Notes: generated by a model not told the origin, from the letters alone. Shown: positions 21,849-32,764, counted from the stretch's first letter. The stretch: DNA of 64,000 nucleotides from an uncultured Lactobacillus sp. (GCA_946477855.1 CAMKZU010000008.1:3102-67101), one strand, 5' to 3'. Translations and numbers: made by a program.

Positions 21849-23906
21849 TTAATGACCGAAAAGTCCTTTAATGTCATTATACCATTCATTAATTTTTTCT
21901 CCTGCTGAACCTATGCCTTTTTCGATTTTATCTCCGAAGACTTTTGTCCAATCCGAACCCGCACCGTTATTTTGAATAATTTGCTTTGGAGCCTGTTCTT
22001 TAAATTGATTTTGAGCTGTATATGGCAAAATACTTTCCATTTCAGCCTTATATAGCCTGGTAATACCAGTTTCCGAAACGCCATGCATGAAGTGCTGCTG
22101 ATTAGTACGGTCAAAGCCAACCCAAGTGGCTACCACAACGTCCGGTGTATAGCCAACAATCCACTGGTCTTTAGTACCAAAGCCATAAGAGTTTGGTACT
22201 TCCGTTGACCCAGTTTTACCTGCAACTCGATAGCCGGCTGGTTGAGCGGATGTTCCAGTTCCTCCTGCAAACACTCCTAATAGCATAGTAGTCATTTCTT
22301 TAGCAGTATTTTCCGAAATAATGCGGTGTGTGCCAGTATCATGATTTTCAGCAATTACATTCCCACTAGCATCAGTAATCTTAGTGATGAAATAAGAATT
22401 ATTAGGCAAATTACCTTTATTGGCAAAAGCCGAATATGCTCGCGCCATTTGGATTGGTGAAACACCTGTTGATAGCCCACCTAAAGCTAAAGCAAGATTT
22501 TGGTCTTCTTTGGGCACCTTGATACCAAAATTATTAGCAGATTGAACTCCTTTAGATACCCCAATTCGATCTAATAACCAAACCGCGGGAACATTTTTAC
22601 TTTGCGCCAAGGCAGAATACATTGGGATTTTATCAGAATAACCGTTGTCAACGTTATGCGGCTGATAACCATTCTTACCAAAACGCTGCAGTTTGTTAGA
22701 AAGCTGTGAATCATAGTGATAACCTTGTTGCAGCGCTGGAGCATAAGAAACTAGCGGTTTAATCGAAGAGCCCGGCTGTCTCTTCATTTGAGTAGCACGG
22801 TTATAACCACGGAAAACATGTTTGCCTCGGCCACCGACTACAGCTCTAACTGCACCAGTTGTGGGATCCATTACCACTGTTGCACCCTGAGGTTTCGTAC
22901 CATCAGTGGCGTTTTGTGGGAACAGATAGCCTTGGTCAAATTTTTGTTGCAGCTGACTTTGATAATTTTGATTAAGGGTTGTATATATTTTCAACCCTTT
23001 ATTCATTACATCTTCTTCTTTTAGCCCATAGCGGTTAATTGCCTCGTCCACCACTGCATCAAAGAAATAAGGGTAACGATAGCCATCTTTATTATGATAA
23101 GTATCGTGTAAAGTTAAACCAATTTTTTGTTCACTTTTCGCCCTGGAACTTGATAATTTTTTATTATCAACCATTAAATTTAAAATCAGGTTCCTCCGAG
23201 ACAAAGCGTAGGACATATGATCAATTGGGTTATATTTACTTGGATTACGTAAAATACCGGCTAATGTTGCTCCTTCTCCGATTGTCAACTGACTGGCATT
23301 TTTGCCAAAATATTTTTGACTGGCATCTTCAACCCCCCATACACCATTGCCAAAATATGCTTTATTAAGGTACATAGTTAATATGTCTTTTTTGGAATAA
23401 ACATGATTTATCTCGACAGCAAAAAAAAGTTCCTCAACTTTACGAGAGAATGTTTGTTTTTGCGTTAATAAAGCATTTTTAGCCAATTGTTGCGTAATAG
23501 TCGAACCACCACCAGATATTTGACCACGATTAAGAATCAAACCTAAAGCGGCTCTGCCCATGCCTTTGATGCTAAAGCCCGGGTTCGTCCAGAAAGTACG
23601 ATCTTCCGTAGAAATAACGGCATTTTTTACATTAGGTGAAATTTTGTTATAACCAACATACGTACCTTTTTGTGAGTATAGTGAACCAGATTTTTGGCTT
23701 CTATAATCGTAAATACCAGTTGTAGCTGATAATGATGCCTTTAAATTTGAAATATTTGAAGTTTTAACTTTAACGGTATAATAAGTACAAACCAATAACA
23801 TCACGGTAAGCAAAATCAAAATGATCCAGCGACCGATAAAAAAACGGTTATCAAAACGGTGCCATAGGCCACCTATCCCGTTTTTCTTTGGTTCATTGTT
23901 TTCCAT
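21849..23906 (-). CDS. Class A penicillin-binding protein (PBP2A-like)
   Basis: GT motifs EDRTF, GGSTITQQL; TP motifs SSIK, SKN, KTG. Confidence 0.93.
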   Translation of the reverse strand: MENNEPKKNGIGGLWHRFDNRFFIGRWIILILLTVMLLVCTYYTVKVKTSNISNLKASLSATTGIYDYRSQKSGSLYSQKGTYVGYNKISPNVKNAVISTEDRTFWTNPGFSIKGMGRAALGLILNRGQISGGGSTITQQLAKNALLTQKQTFSRKVEELFFAVEINHVYSKKDILTMYLNKAYFGNGVWGVEDASQKYFGKNASQLTIGEGATLAGILRNPSKYNPIDHMSYALSRRNLILNLMVDNKKLSSSRAKSEQKIGLTLHDTYHNKDGYRYPYFFDAVVDEAINRYGLKEEDVMNKGLKIYTTLNQNYQSQLQQKFDQGYLFPQNATDGTKPQGATVVMDPTTGAVRAVVGGRGKHVFRGYNRATQMKRQPGSSIKPLVSYAPALQQGYHYDSQLSNKLQRFGKNGYQPHNVDNGYSDKIPMYSALAQSKNVPAVWLLDRIGVSKGVQSANNFGIKVPKEDQNLALALGGLSTGVSPIQMARAYSAFANKGNLPNNSYFITKITDASGNVIAENHDTGTHRIISENTAKEMTTMLLGVFAGGTGTSAQPAGYRVAGKTGSTEVPNSYGFGTKDQWIVGYTPDVVVATWVGFDRTNQQHFMHGVSETGITRLYKAEMESILPYTAQNQFKEQAPKQIIQNNGAGSDWTKVFGDKIEKGIGSAGEKINEWYNDIKGLFGH

Positions 23907-23990
23907 TTTATCTGCTCCTTTAGAAACAACTAAAATTGTATCATATTAAAGGAAATTACCTTTATTTTCAAAAAGATTTAACAAATATTT

Positions 23991-24860
23991 ATGAGCTATT
24001 ATTTTACCTTTACCTTTCCCCAAAATCTCAATCCGTGTTCTGTAAATAATTTATTACGTCTATTACTCATTCCGAGAAAATGGCGTCATTTTTTACGCGT
24101 TGAACGAAAAGTACTGATTAATGGCAGATACTATCATTTTAATCAAAAAGTAAAGCCAAAGGATAAAGTTGAACTCTGGCTCAATCACGTTGAAAGTAAG
24201 CAACATACTTATCCAGCAAGTGGTAAAAATCCAGAAGTGATTTACGAAGATGACAATCTCTTAATTATAAATAAACCTGCAGGACAAAAGACGCATCCTA
24301 ATTCAAATGAAACTAATACAGCTTTGAATGATTGTGCGACCTATTTAGGATTTTCCCCTTTTATTGTACATCGGTTAGACATGTTAACCAGTGGTCTGCT
24401 ACTGGTTGCCAAAAACCCAGCTGTTGTTCCTATTTTGAATCGCGAATTAACCAGTAAACTTTTTCACCGAGAATATTTAGCTGTGATCAATGTTAATGAA
24501 CAGATAGCTAGCAGAGGAACAATCGATTTAGCAATCGGTCATGATCCACTTGATCAGCGCAAACGCAAGATAATAAGCAATGGTCTAAAGTCAATCACAC
24601 ATTATCAGATTTTAAAGTATTTAGACAACAATACTGCTTTAGTTAAATTAGAATTAGAAACAGGAAGAACACACCAAATTCGGGTTCATTTGGCTGCGAT
24701 TGACTGCCCAATTGTGGGAGATCCACTGTATAACCACGACTTTAAAAATGAACAATTTTTGCATTTAACTGCGTATCAAATTTCGCTACAAAAACCTTTT
24801 ACATTAGACAAACTGAAAGTGAAATTACCAGATGAAAATATACCTTTACTGCAAAATTAA
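23991..24860 (+). CDS. RluA-family pseudouridine synthase
   Basis: NKPAG, HRLDMLTSG, TGRTHQIRVH, PIVGDPLY. Confidence 0.94.
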   Translation: MSYYFTFTFPQNLNPCSVNNLLRLLLIPRKWRHFLRVERKVLINGRYYHFNQKVKPKDKVELWLNHVESKQHTYPASGKNPEVIYEDDNLLIINKPAGQKTHPNSNETNTALNDCATYLGFSPFIVHRLDMLTSGLLLVAKNPAVVPILNRELTSKLFHREYLAVINVNEQIASRGTIDLAIGHDPLDQRKRKIISNGLKSITHYQILKYLDNNTALVKLELETGRTHQIRVHLAAIDCPIVGDPLYNHDFKNEQFLHLTAYQISLQKPFTLDKLKVKLPDENIPLLQN

Positions 24861-25040
24861 AAGACCGTTTATCAAACGATCCACAGTCTTCTTTATATAA
24901 TTAAAATTTCTAAATATAGTTCTTTAAAATTCAAGTTAAATAATTTTGCTAATAAATAATAAAACTATATGCCTCTCCTGCTTGCAGCTTATTAACAAAT
25001 TTTAATTCAACAAAATCTATTTAATAGGATTTTTAATAAT

Positions 25041-25955
25041 TTAATCGCCTACGAAAGCACCAGCTTCTACTTCACGAATAAAGTCTGCTACATGTTTGTA
25101 GTAAACATCAGGATTATCAACCATGTGATGATGTCCTGCATTCGGTGTAGTAACTAAGCGTGAATTAGGAATCTCACGTTGCATAATCTTTGCGGTCTCA
25201 AGAGGCATAGTATCTTCTTCACCAAAAGTCAAAAGTGTCGGCATTTTTATTTGCTTTAAATACTTTCTAAAATGCCAATCTTTTAATTTACCAGTTACCA
25301 CAAATTCATTATCACCTTGAAAGGCATGGTACACAGGCAAACCACCGATACGCTTAATATGATATAACTTGCATGGCTGTCGCCGATCAAGAAAGTTAAT
25401 ATTTAATATTTGAATATCCTCTTGATAGCGTTTATTGTCATAGTCGTTGTTTTCTTCACATTCACGCATAAAGTCAATTTCCGCTTGTGGGAAAATTTCT
25501 TGCCTACGACGGTTAATTGACTCAATATAGTCATCAGTATCATCAACCATTGAAGAAATAATTGTACCTTTTAAGTGTTGACCATATTTAACCGCATATT
25601 CTTGCGCGAGCAAGCCGCCCCAGCTTTGTCCTATCAAGTAGCAATTATCAAGACCAAGCTTAGCGCGAACTTCATCAACTTCGTCGAGAAAGTATTCATA
25701 AGTTAAATATTTGGCTGCAATTTCAGGATCATCATAATCCGGTTGATCTGAGTAGAGCGAACCTAATTGATCATACATAGTAACTTGAACATGTAGTCCC
25801 TGCTTTGCTAATTGATCGGCAGCGTCTTCCCAATATTCATGATTTCCTCCAGGACCTCCGTGAAGGGCTAATAAATGAATATCACCTTCACCTTGGGTAC
25901 TTGTCCACAAATGATAGCCATTATCTAAAGTGATGATTTTTGTTCCAGTTCTCAT
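25041..25955 (-). CDS. pepR: Proline-specific peptidase (prolinase PepR type)
   Basis: TGTKIITLDNGYHLWT N-terminus, HGGPG, GQSWGG nucleophile elbow. Confidence 0.85.
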   Translation of the reverse strand: MRTGTKIITLDNGYHLWTSTQGEGDIHLLALHGGPGGNHEYWEDAADQLAKQGLHVQVTMYDQLGSLYSDQPDYDDPEIAAKYLTYEYFLDEVDEVRAKLGLDNCYLIGQSWGGLLAQEYAVKYGQHLKGTIISSMVDDTDDYIESINRRRQEIFPQAEIDFMRECEENNDYDNKRYQEDIQILNINFLDRRQPCKLYHIKRIGGLPVYHAFQGDNEFVVTGKLKDWHFRKYLKQIKMPTLLTFGEEDTMPLETAKIMQREIPNSRLVTTPNAGHHHMVDNPDVYYKHVADFIREVEAGAFVGD

Positions 25956-25974
25956 TAAAATTTACAGCTTCTTT

Positions 25975-27741
25975 CTATTTAGTAAAACCTACTTCATTCC
26001 ATAAAGGATGATTATTGTTTTGTTTTGACGGCTTAAGCGAATAACCCGAAATCTTATCATTAACAGCAAAGATCTGATAGGAATTATCAACTGGGATAAC
26101 ATAAGCTTCCTCATTCATATATCTTTGCCATTCATGAAATTTTTTAACTCGATAATCATGTTTAAAAGCTTTTTGTGAATTTATTTCATCCAAAAGCTGA
26201 TTATTTTTTGCAGTTACAAATCTGGTCATGTTAAAAGGTGCTGATTCACTATAATATGGATGTGGCGAAGGTTCAGTAGGTGTTGACCAACCAGCCAGAT
26301 ACATGTCGACGCCTTTATTATCATGTTGTAATTTATCATAGAAAGAATTGTGTTCAATTAAACGACCCGTGGACAATTGTACATTCAGTCCAACTTTATG
26401 CCACTGCTGCAAGTAGTTTTGAACAATTGGCTCCTGAGTAGTATCTCCACTCATAGCTGCAAAATGAATTACCAAAGGCTTGCCATTTGGCTGAACGCGC
26501 CACTTTCCTTTCTTCTTGTAACCCGCTTTATCCAAAATCTGATTTGCCTTTTTTAAGTCGTAATTATATCCTTTCTCAGTTTTATCAAAGTAATCACCAA
26601 ACTTTTGAGGAACCAAAGTCTTTACCCTAAACGTTAATCCGTAAGTATAACGCTTATTAACCGCATCAACATTCATGGCATAGCCTATTGCCTGCCTTAA
26701 AGCCTTATTATTCATCTTGGCTTTAGGATTCATGACATTCTTGCTCTTCTCAGCATCCCATTTTCCCACTTTAAAGCCTAAATAATGATATGCGATGGGA
26801 ATTTGAGCAATGAAGTTCACATTTTTAGTATTTTTAACTTGTGGCCACTGGGTATTAATTACAGGAATAATGTCAAATTTATGACTTTTTATTGCCTGAG
26901 AAGCAGAATTGGGAGATACCACTGAAATAACCACTTTATTTAATTTCGGCTTTCCCCGCCAATAATATTTGTTCGGAATCCATGTTGCAGATTGCCCCCT
27001 AACTAGCTTTTCAATCTTAAACGGTCCGAAAAATAACGGATTTTTTCTGATCCTATCAGAAGATTTTAACTTTGCAAAAGGAATATCTTTCAAATAATGA
27101 TAAGGTTCAACTGCTTCCCAAAGTGAACGGCTGCCTGCATTTGACATACTTGGATTTAAAGCTGAGCAATGTAAAACAATTTTACGGCCATTTTCTCCAT
27201 CAGGCATTTCAATGCCAGAAATAGTTTTTGCTTTACCTTGGTGATATTCTTTTAAGCCCTTTAGAACCTCAAACTGACTGCTATACCGAGGACAAGCTGT
27301 ATCCTTGTTAGCTAAAATCTCATACGCATATTCAAAATCTTTAGCTACTACCTGTTTACCGTCAGACCATTTAACGCCCTTTTTAATATTGATTGTGATC
27401 GTCTTTTTCTTAGGATCTAATTTACGTGTAGCTGGACCTTTATCAGTGACGCCATATTGATCATCACTATCAAATAAAGTTTCTTGACCGGGAGCTGCAA
27501 CCATCGAGTCTACATCTTCAGAGGAAAGTTCTTGTGAAAAAATACCTGAAAATGGAGTATCAGTGACAACTGCAACTTTTACAGTTCCACCATTTTTAAC
27601 ATTCTTTTCAGGAGTTTCAACAGGAAATTTTTTTACTGTCTTAGTGTCATCACTATTGTTAGCACTTTTATTGCAAGCTGCCAGTGTAAGAGCGGCTAGA
27701 GTCAAAATACCAGCAGAAGCAAGCTTACTTCTTTTTTTCAT
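25975..27741 (-). CDS. oppA: Oligopeptide ABC transporter substrate-binding lipoprotein (orphan)
   Basis: Lipobox LAAC, family 5 SBP motif GVKWSDG, GPFK, YLGF. Confidence 0.9.
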   Translation of the reverse strand: MKKRSKLASAGILTLAALTLAACNKSANNSDDTKTVKKFPVETPEKNVKNGGTVKVAVVTDTPFSGIFSQELSSEDVDSMVAAPGQETLFDSDDQYGVTDKGPATRKLDPKKKTITINIKKGVKWSDGKQVVAKDFEYAYEILANKDTACPRYSSQFEVLKGLKEYHQGKAKTISGIEMPDGENGRKIVLHCSALNPSMSNAGSRSLWEAVEPYHYLKDIPFAKLKSSDRIRKNPLFFGPFKIEKLVRGQSATWIPNKYYWRGKPKLNKVVISVVSPNSASQAIKSHKFDIIPVINTQWPQVKNTKNVNFIAQIPIAYHYLGFKVGKWDAEKSKNVMNPKAKMNNKALRQAIGYAMNVDAVNKRYTYGLTFRVKTLVPQKFGDYFDKTEKGYNYDLKKANQILDKAGYKKKGKWRVQPNGKPLVIHFAAMSGDTTQEPIVQNYLQQWHKVGLNVQLSTGRLIEHNSFYDKLQHDNKGVDMYLAGWSTPTEPSPHPYYSESAPFNMTRFVTAKNNQLLDEINSQKAFKHDYRVKKFHEWQRYMNEEAYVIPVDNSYQIFAVNDKISGYSLKPSKQNNNHPLWNEVGFTK

Positions 27742-27918
27742 AAAAATCACTCATTTCATTATGTTTTACTCATATTATTAATAAATTTGTCATTTATGTC
27801 AAATTGTATCATCATATATTTTAAAGGAGCATTTAAAAAGATTTTTATTTAGTGTAAAATAACAAATGCTTCTGTATAATTTTAATATGGAAAAAATAAA
27901 TATAGAAAGAGTTAGAAA

Positions 27919-29292
27919 GTGAATATGAACAAGCAAAAAATTGCCGATTTAGCTCAAAAAGCTATTAATACTTTTAATTTACCCAGTTTAGGAATTGGTG
28001 TTTATCACAAAGGTGAAAGCTTTAGTCATGTATATGGTCAAGCTGAGCAAGACAATCTTTATCCTTTAGCTTCAATTTCCAAAACGTTTTTTGCTACGGC
28101 TGTTTGTCAATTAGCTGATGCAGGTAAAATCGATTTAGATGATCCTTTGAAAAAATACTGGCCTGAGCTTAAGCTTGAAGATAAGTATGCCGAAGACCAT
28201 TTAACATGGAGGGATGCACTTAGTCATCAAAGTGGCTTACCCGCTCATGATCTGATGCGCTTCACTAATATGAATAAGCATGACCTTTCTTTAAAAGAAA
28301 AAGCAGAGCACGTGGGTTATTTAAAGCCTAACCATGAATTACGTTATAAAATGCAATACAGCAACCTAGTTTTCGCATTAGCCACTTATGCTTTTGAACA
28401 AGCAATTGGTGCAGATTATGGTACTTATGAACGGCAGCACTTGCTAGAACCACTTAATTTAAAAAACACTTATATTAACCACCATGAAGCACCAAGAGAA
28501 AATATAGTTAAACCATATATTAGAGATAATGGAATTACGAAAGAGGTTCCTTTTATTGCACCAGGTAAGGTTGGTGGGGCCAGCAGTATGCTCGCAAGTA
28601 TTTCGGATTTGCTAACTTGGGCCGAATATCAACTAAAATTGCAAAAAGAAAATAACGGTAATGCCATGGCTGAACACTTTTTGCCTCAATCTATCATGCC
28701 TCCAAGTCGCGCCTACGGTGGCGCTAATTTTGGTGCTTATGGTTTAGGCATGATGATGGAAGATTACCGCGGACACAAATACTTCTACCATAGTGGTTCA
28801 TACATTGGCTACTGCTCTTTCATGGGCTTTGTACCAGATCTTGATCTAGCTTTTGTTTCAACCACAAATATGGATTCAACAGATGCAATTTTTGCTTTAG
28901 CCTACCAGACCATTGATGAAGCTATGGGCATTTCAGAAACTGATTGGACAAGCAAAATAAAACAGATTGTTGATCAAAAAGCAGCAACACGAGAAGCTAA
29001 TATTGCTGAACTAAAAGGAGATTCACCCCAAAATGTTGTGGCTAAGGATAACCTTTTAGGTGACTACCAAAACCCCGGTTATGGCCTAATTACATTAAAT
29101 GAAAAAGATGGTAATTTAACAGTTACTATTGGCAAGTGGGATTATCCAGTTATTGTTAATGAAAAAGGTAAGATGTTTGTGGAAGAAAGATTATATCAAC
29201 ATGAGCTTTTACCAATTGAAATTCAACAAAATCAAGTTTTGCTTTGGACAGAGCGCGCACTTAAAGAACCAACTACTTTCACAAAGTTATAA
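27919..29292 (+). CDS. Beta-lactamase-fold (class C-like) serine hydrolase with C-terminal DUF3471-like domain
   Basis: SxxK (SISK), LSHQSG, YSN, HSG motifs; GDYQNPGYG in C-terminal domain; no signal peptide. Confidence 0.85.
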   Translation: MNMNKQKIADLAQKAINTFNLPSLGIGVYHKGESFSHVYGQAEQDNLYPLASISKTFFATAVCQLADAGKIDLDDPLKKYWPELKLEDKYAEDHLTWRDALSHQSGLPAHDLMRFTNMNKHDLSLKEKAEHVGYLKPNHELRYKMQYSNLVFALATYAFEQAIGADYGTYERQHLLEPLNLKNTYINHHEAPRENIVKPYIRDNGITKEVPFIAPGKVGGASSMLASISDLLTWAEYQLKLQKENNGNAMAEHFLPQSIMPPSRAYGGANFGAYGLGMMMEDYRGHKYFYHSGSYIGYCSFMGFVPDLDLAFVSTTNMDSTDAIFALAYQTIDEAMGISETDWTSKIKQIVDQKAATREANIAELKGDSPQNVVAKDNLLGDYQNPGYGLITLNEKDGNLTVTIGKWDYPVIVNEKGKMFVEERLYQHELLPIEIQQNQVLLWTERALKEPTTFTKL

Positions 29293-29294
29293 TT

Positions 29295-29328
29295 AAAAAA
29301 GCTAAACTTTAATAATTAAAGTTTAGCT
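29295..29328. terminator. Terminator between convergent genes
   Basis: AGCTAAACTTTAA-taa-TTAAAGTTTAGCT perfect inverted repeat. Confidence 0.7.
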
Positions 29329-29371
29329 CAAAATTGTTTTTAACAGACCAGTCATACAAAAGACTGGTTTT

Positions 29372-30151
29372 TTATTTGATATGTGAATTAATCCATGGGA
29401 CGACTTTACTAATAACTTCATTAAGTTTGGTAAAATCACCAGTTTCAACATTGTAAGTATGATTCGCATTTTCAACTGTAAACGAATCTACGTTATCCAT
29501 GTGACAGTTTTTAATAAAATTCAGACTGATATTTGGATCCAAAGTAGGATCGCTGGTACAAACTTCAACTAAAATAGGATTTTTAAAGTTTTTAATGTTA
29601 TCATTCAAAGTTGTCTTCAACTCATCAAAGAATCTGCGGTAAACCAGTTCAACACCGCCGCTACTAGTATGAACAATGCTGTAACCTAGATTAGCCATTT
29701 CAAATTTATCATAGGTCATTTCAAGAGGCTCTGATGTATTGATAGCACCATTTAGAGAAACTATGATTTTTGCAGGTAATGTCGAACAAGTAAATGCTAA
29801 ACGACCACCAAGGCTATGACCTAAAAGTCCAACGCTATTTTCTTCAACATAAGGTAAAGACTGCAAATATTTAAAACTTGCTTTAACCTCATCAGTCATC
29901 ACTTTCATGCCATAATTTTCTCTTGAATAAAGGTTCTCTCCCATGCTGCACAAGTCAATTCTTGCTGCAACAATTCCGGCTTCAACAATTCTTTTGCTAA
30001 TTCTGGCCAGCATATGATTATCATTATTTCTGGAAGACATGAAACCATGAATCATCAATACAGCGGGAAATTTACTACTTTCATCCGGAATATCAATTTG
30101 CATTGGCACCTCATGGTCAACACATTTTAAAAATCTCAGTTCTTCGCGCAA
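29372..30151 (-). CDS. Alpha/beta hydrolase (esterase-like), paralog A
   Basis: HGF oxyanion motif, GHSLGG, predicted triad S113-D201-H231; TTG start after GAGGTG. Confidence 0.85.
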   Translation of the reverse strand: MREELRFLKCVDHEVPMQIDIPDESSKFPAVLMIHGFMSSRNNDNHMLARISKRIVEAGIVAARIDLCSMGENLYSRENYGMKVMTDEVKASFKYLQSLPYVEENSVGLLGHSLGGRLAFTCSTLPAKIIVSLNGAINTSEPLEMTYDKFEMANLGYSIVHTSSGGVELVYRRFFDELKTTLNDNIKNFKNPILVEVCTSDPTLDPNISLNFIKNCHMDNVDSFTVENANHTYNVETGDFTKLNEVISKVVPWINSHIK

Positions 30152-30262
30152 TTTTTATATCACCTCAAAAAATATTTCATTATTCATCCGTTACAAGATA
30201 CATTATACTGTTAACTCTAAATTTGTACACCAATACAATATATTGAGTGTTGAAATGTATAT

Positions 30263-30301
30263 AAAAAGTCTACAACTACTTTTAAAAGTTGTAGACTTTT
30301 T
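30263..30301 (-). terminator. Terminator of the fructose-type PTS operon
   Basis: AAAAAGTCTACAACT..AGTTGTAGACTTTTT. Confidence 0.8.
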
Positions 30302-30322
30302 ATGTAACAATTTAGTTTTTAG

Positions 30323-31222
30323 TTAGATTTTATCTGCTCGCCAAGGATCTATACCCTCATATAATTTGGCTTTGCCAATAGAATTAAATAGGTCATTTTT
30401 ATGATGAATAACCTTTTTTCCTGCTTCAATTGCTTCTGGCAACAAATGATTGGGATCCCAACCGTCATTTTCAGCTAGAATTTCACGAGTCTTTTCAAAG
30501 AAGGCGTGTTTATAATCTGAAGAAATATTAACTTTGCTAATACCGTTCTTTACTGCTTCAGCAATCTGCTCATCTGGATTTGAAGAACCACCATGCAAGA
30601 CTAGAGGTGTATCAGGAACTGCCTGAACTATCTTTTGTAAAATATCAATTCTGATTTTAGGAGTAACATCAGCTGGGTAAATGCCGTGACTGGTACCTAT
30701 TCCTACTGCTAGAGTATCTACACCAGTTTCCTCTACAAATCTTTGTGCTTCTTCAGGTGTGGTATAAATGCCTTCTTTTTTGTGTCCCTCAACATGAACT
30801 CCTGTCTGACCAATAGTACCAACTTCACCTTCAACAGAAACACCAACTCTATGAGCCATTGTTACTGTTTCTTTAGTTAGAGCAACATTTGTATCCCAAT
30901 CTTCAGCCGACATATCAATCATTACTGAACTAAAGCCATCATGAATTGCTCTAGCTGCACTATCCACTGAATCACCATGGTCAAGATGAAGTGCCACAGG
31001 AATTTTACTGTCACGAATACGTGTTAAAACATAGCTAATAAAATCATCTTTACAATATCTCAATTCTGTTGGGTGAATCATAATAATTGCTGGTGCATAG
31101 TCAGCTTCACATTGCTCAATTGAAGTCCTCATTAATTCCAAATTTGAAACATTATATGCTCCTACTGCAAAATTGTTTTTTCTTGCTACTTCAAGCAACT
31201 GATTCATATTTACTAAGGTCAT
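30323..31222 (-). CDS. Class II (Zn) ketose-phosphate aldolase, non-glycolytic paralog
   Basis: HLDHG, GFSSVMID, VEGEVG, GTSHG, LHGGS, KVNI. Confidence 0.9.
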   Translation of the reverse strand: MTLVNMNQLLEVARKNNFAVGAYNVSNLELMRTSIEQCEADYAPAIIMIHPTELRYCKDDFISYVLTRIRDSKIPVALHLDHGDSVDSAARAIHDGFSSVMIDMSAEDWDTNVALTKETVTMAHRVGVSVEGEVGTIGQTGVHVEGHKKEGIYTTPEEAQRFVEETGVDTLAVGIGTSHGIYPADVTPKIRIDILQKIVQAVPDTPLVLHGGSSNPDEQIAEAVKNGISKVNISSDYKHAFFEKTREILAENDGWDPNHLLPEAIEAGKKVIHHKNDLFNSIGKAKLYEGIDPWRADKI

Positions 31223-31310
31223 TTTTTCTCCTCATATACTAAATATAATAAATTTAAATATTATTAACTTCTTTTTATAAATTAATTTTGCATCACTTCC
31301 TCTAATTTTT

Positions 31311-32429
31311 TTATTGTAAATTCACTCCTGAGAGATCAACATTCTTTTCTTCATCTTGACTTTCATCTTGAGTTTCATTTACCTCTTTATCAGTCAACGG
31401 CTTTTTAATAATTGCCAATAAAATTCCTGTTACTAATGAACCTGCTACTAAAGCAATTACAGCAACCAGCGGCTTAGACATAGCTGGAATTACAAAAATT
31501 CCGCCAGAAGGAACTGAGCTCTCATTGCCCCAGCCATAACTAATCATTCCTGTAATGCCACAGCCAATCCAAGTACAAGGCAAAGTCCGTAATAAGTCGT
31601 TCATTGCAATAGGAATAACACCTTCAGTTATCATGCAACATCCCATCGGAAAGGCTACTTCAATATTTTCAATTTCTCTTTTGGTATAAATATTTTTATG
31701 AAATAGTTTGGCAAAAAAGTAAGACATAGTAATTCCAAATGGTGGCACCATGGCCGCTAGGACTTTAATTCCTTCAGGCCCTTTGATTCCATCAAGCAAT
31801 AAGCCATCACAAATTAGGTTTGGAATTTTACTGATAGCTCCACCAAAATCAGCACAGCCAATCCACCCAATTAAGAAGCCATATAAGGCTCTTTGTGACC
31901 GATCTAAGCCAGTAATGAAATGATTAAGAGCGGTCGTGGCAGCAGTTAATGGTTGACCTAATAGGAAAAACATAATCAGAGCTGTAAAAATTGCAGTAAC
32001 AGTTGGTACTATTAACATAGGCATCAGTCCGTTAGCCCACCGAGGGACTTTAATTTTTCTAATACCTAGTGCGATATAACCAGCAATAAATCCTCCAATG
32101 ATACCGCCAAGAAAACCTGCTCCCAAAAAAGAAGCTATTTGACCTGCTAAAAATCCAGGTGCAATACCCGGTCTATCGGCTATTGAATAACCAATATAAC
32201 CGGCGATGAACGATGGTAATAATCCCATTCCCAGCACACCTAAAGTGGTCATGCTATTGGGAAAGTTCATTTGTGCAAGGCTTGTTACCTGCTTACCGCC
32301 CATCAGATTACCTATGGCTATCAATAATCCAGAAGCCACAACTAATGGCAACATGTATGAAATGGAAGTTAACAGATGCTTTTTGACGGCTGATCCAGCT
32401 TTTTTAGCACCTGTGACAAATGTATTCAT
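31311..32429 (-). CDS. PTS fructose-family EIIC
   Basis: HLLTSISYMLP, SIADRPGIAPG, ITEGVIP. Confidence 0.92.
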   Translation of the reverse strand: MNTFVTGAKKAGSAVKKHLLTSISYMLPLVVASGLLIAIGNLMGGKQVTSLAQMNFPNSMTTLGVLGMGLLPSFIAGYIGYSIADRPGIAPGFLAGQIASFLGAGFLGGIIGGFIAGYIALGIRKIKVPRWANGLMPMLIVPTVTAIFTALIMFFLLGQPLTAATTALNHFITGLDRSQRALYGFLIGWIGCADFGGAISKIPNLICDGLLLDGIKGPEGIKVLAAMVPPFGITMSYFFAKLFHKNIYTKREIENIEVAFPMGCCMITEGVIPIAMNDLLRTLPCTWIGCGITGMISYGWGNESSVPSGGIFVIPAMSKPLVAVIALVAGSLVTGILLAIIKKPLTDKEVNETQDESQDEEKNVDLSGVNLQ

Positions 32430-32434
32430 TTAAA

Positions 32435-32764
32435 TCACTCCTTTTGACTCTTTCTTTCTTTCACTTCTTCTTCAATTCTTTCCAGCAATTGTTTGGGAGC
32501 CTTTACAACAAGAGAAGTACCTACTTTTACTGTCGGAATATTTTTAAAACGCTCGTTGCCAGTAGTTGCAATATCAACAGCCAGCAATGCTACATCTGCC
32601 TCAGCAATTTGCTCAGGAGTTAATGCATTTTCAGTACCGATTGTTCCTTGGGTTTCAACGTGAATTTCATCCCCTAATTCTTTGGCTGCCTTTTCCAACT
32701 TTGCCTTTGCTAGATAAGTATGGGCAATACCAGATGTGCAAGCACAAACACAAACTATTTTCAT
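32435..32764 (-). CDS. PTS fructose-family EIIB
   Basis: ACTSGIAHTY with phospho-Cys, VETQG. Confidence 0.94.
   Translation of the reverse strand: MKIVCVCACTSGIAHTYLAKAKLEKAAKELGDEIHVETQGTIGTENALTPEQIAEADVALLAVDIATTGNERFKNIPTVKVGTSLVVKAPKQLLERIEEEVKERKSQKE

Noticed and set aside
24960-25000. RBS-like AGGAGAGG on the minus strand downstream of pepR
   Set aside because: No start codon or ORF follows
27919-29292. Antibiotic-resistance beta-lactamase
   Set aside because: No signal peptide, has HSG rather than KTG and an extra C-terminal domain; better read as a cytosolic peptidase/esterase
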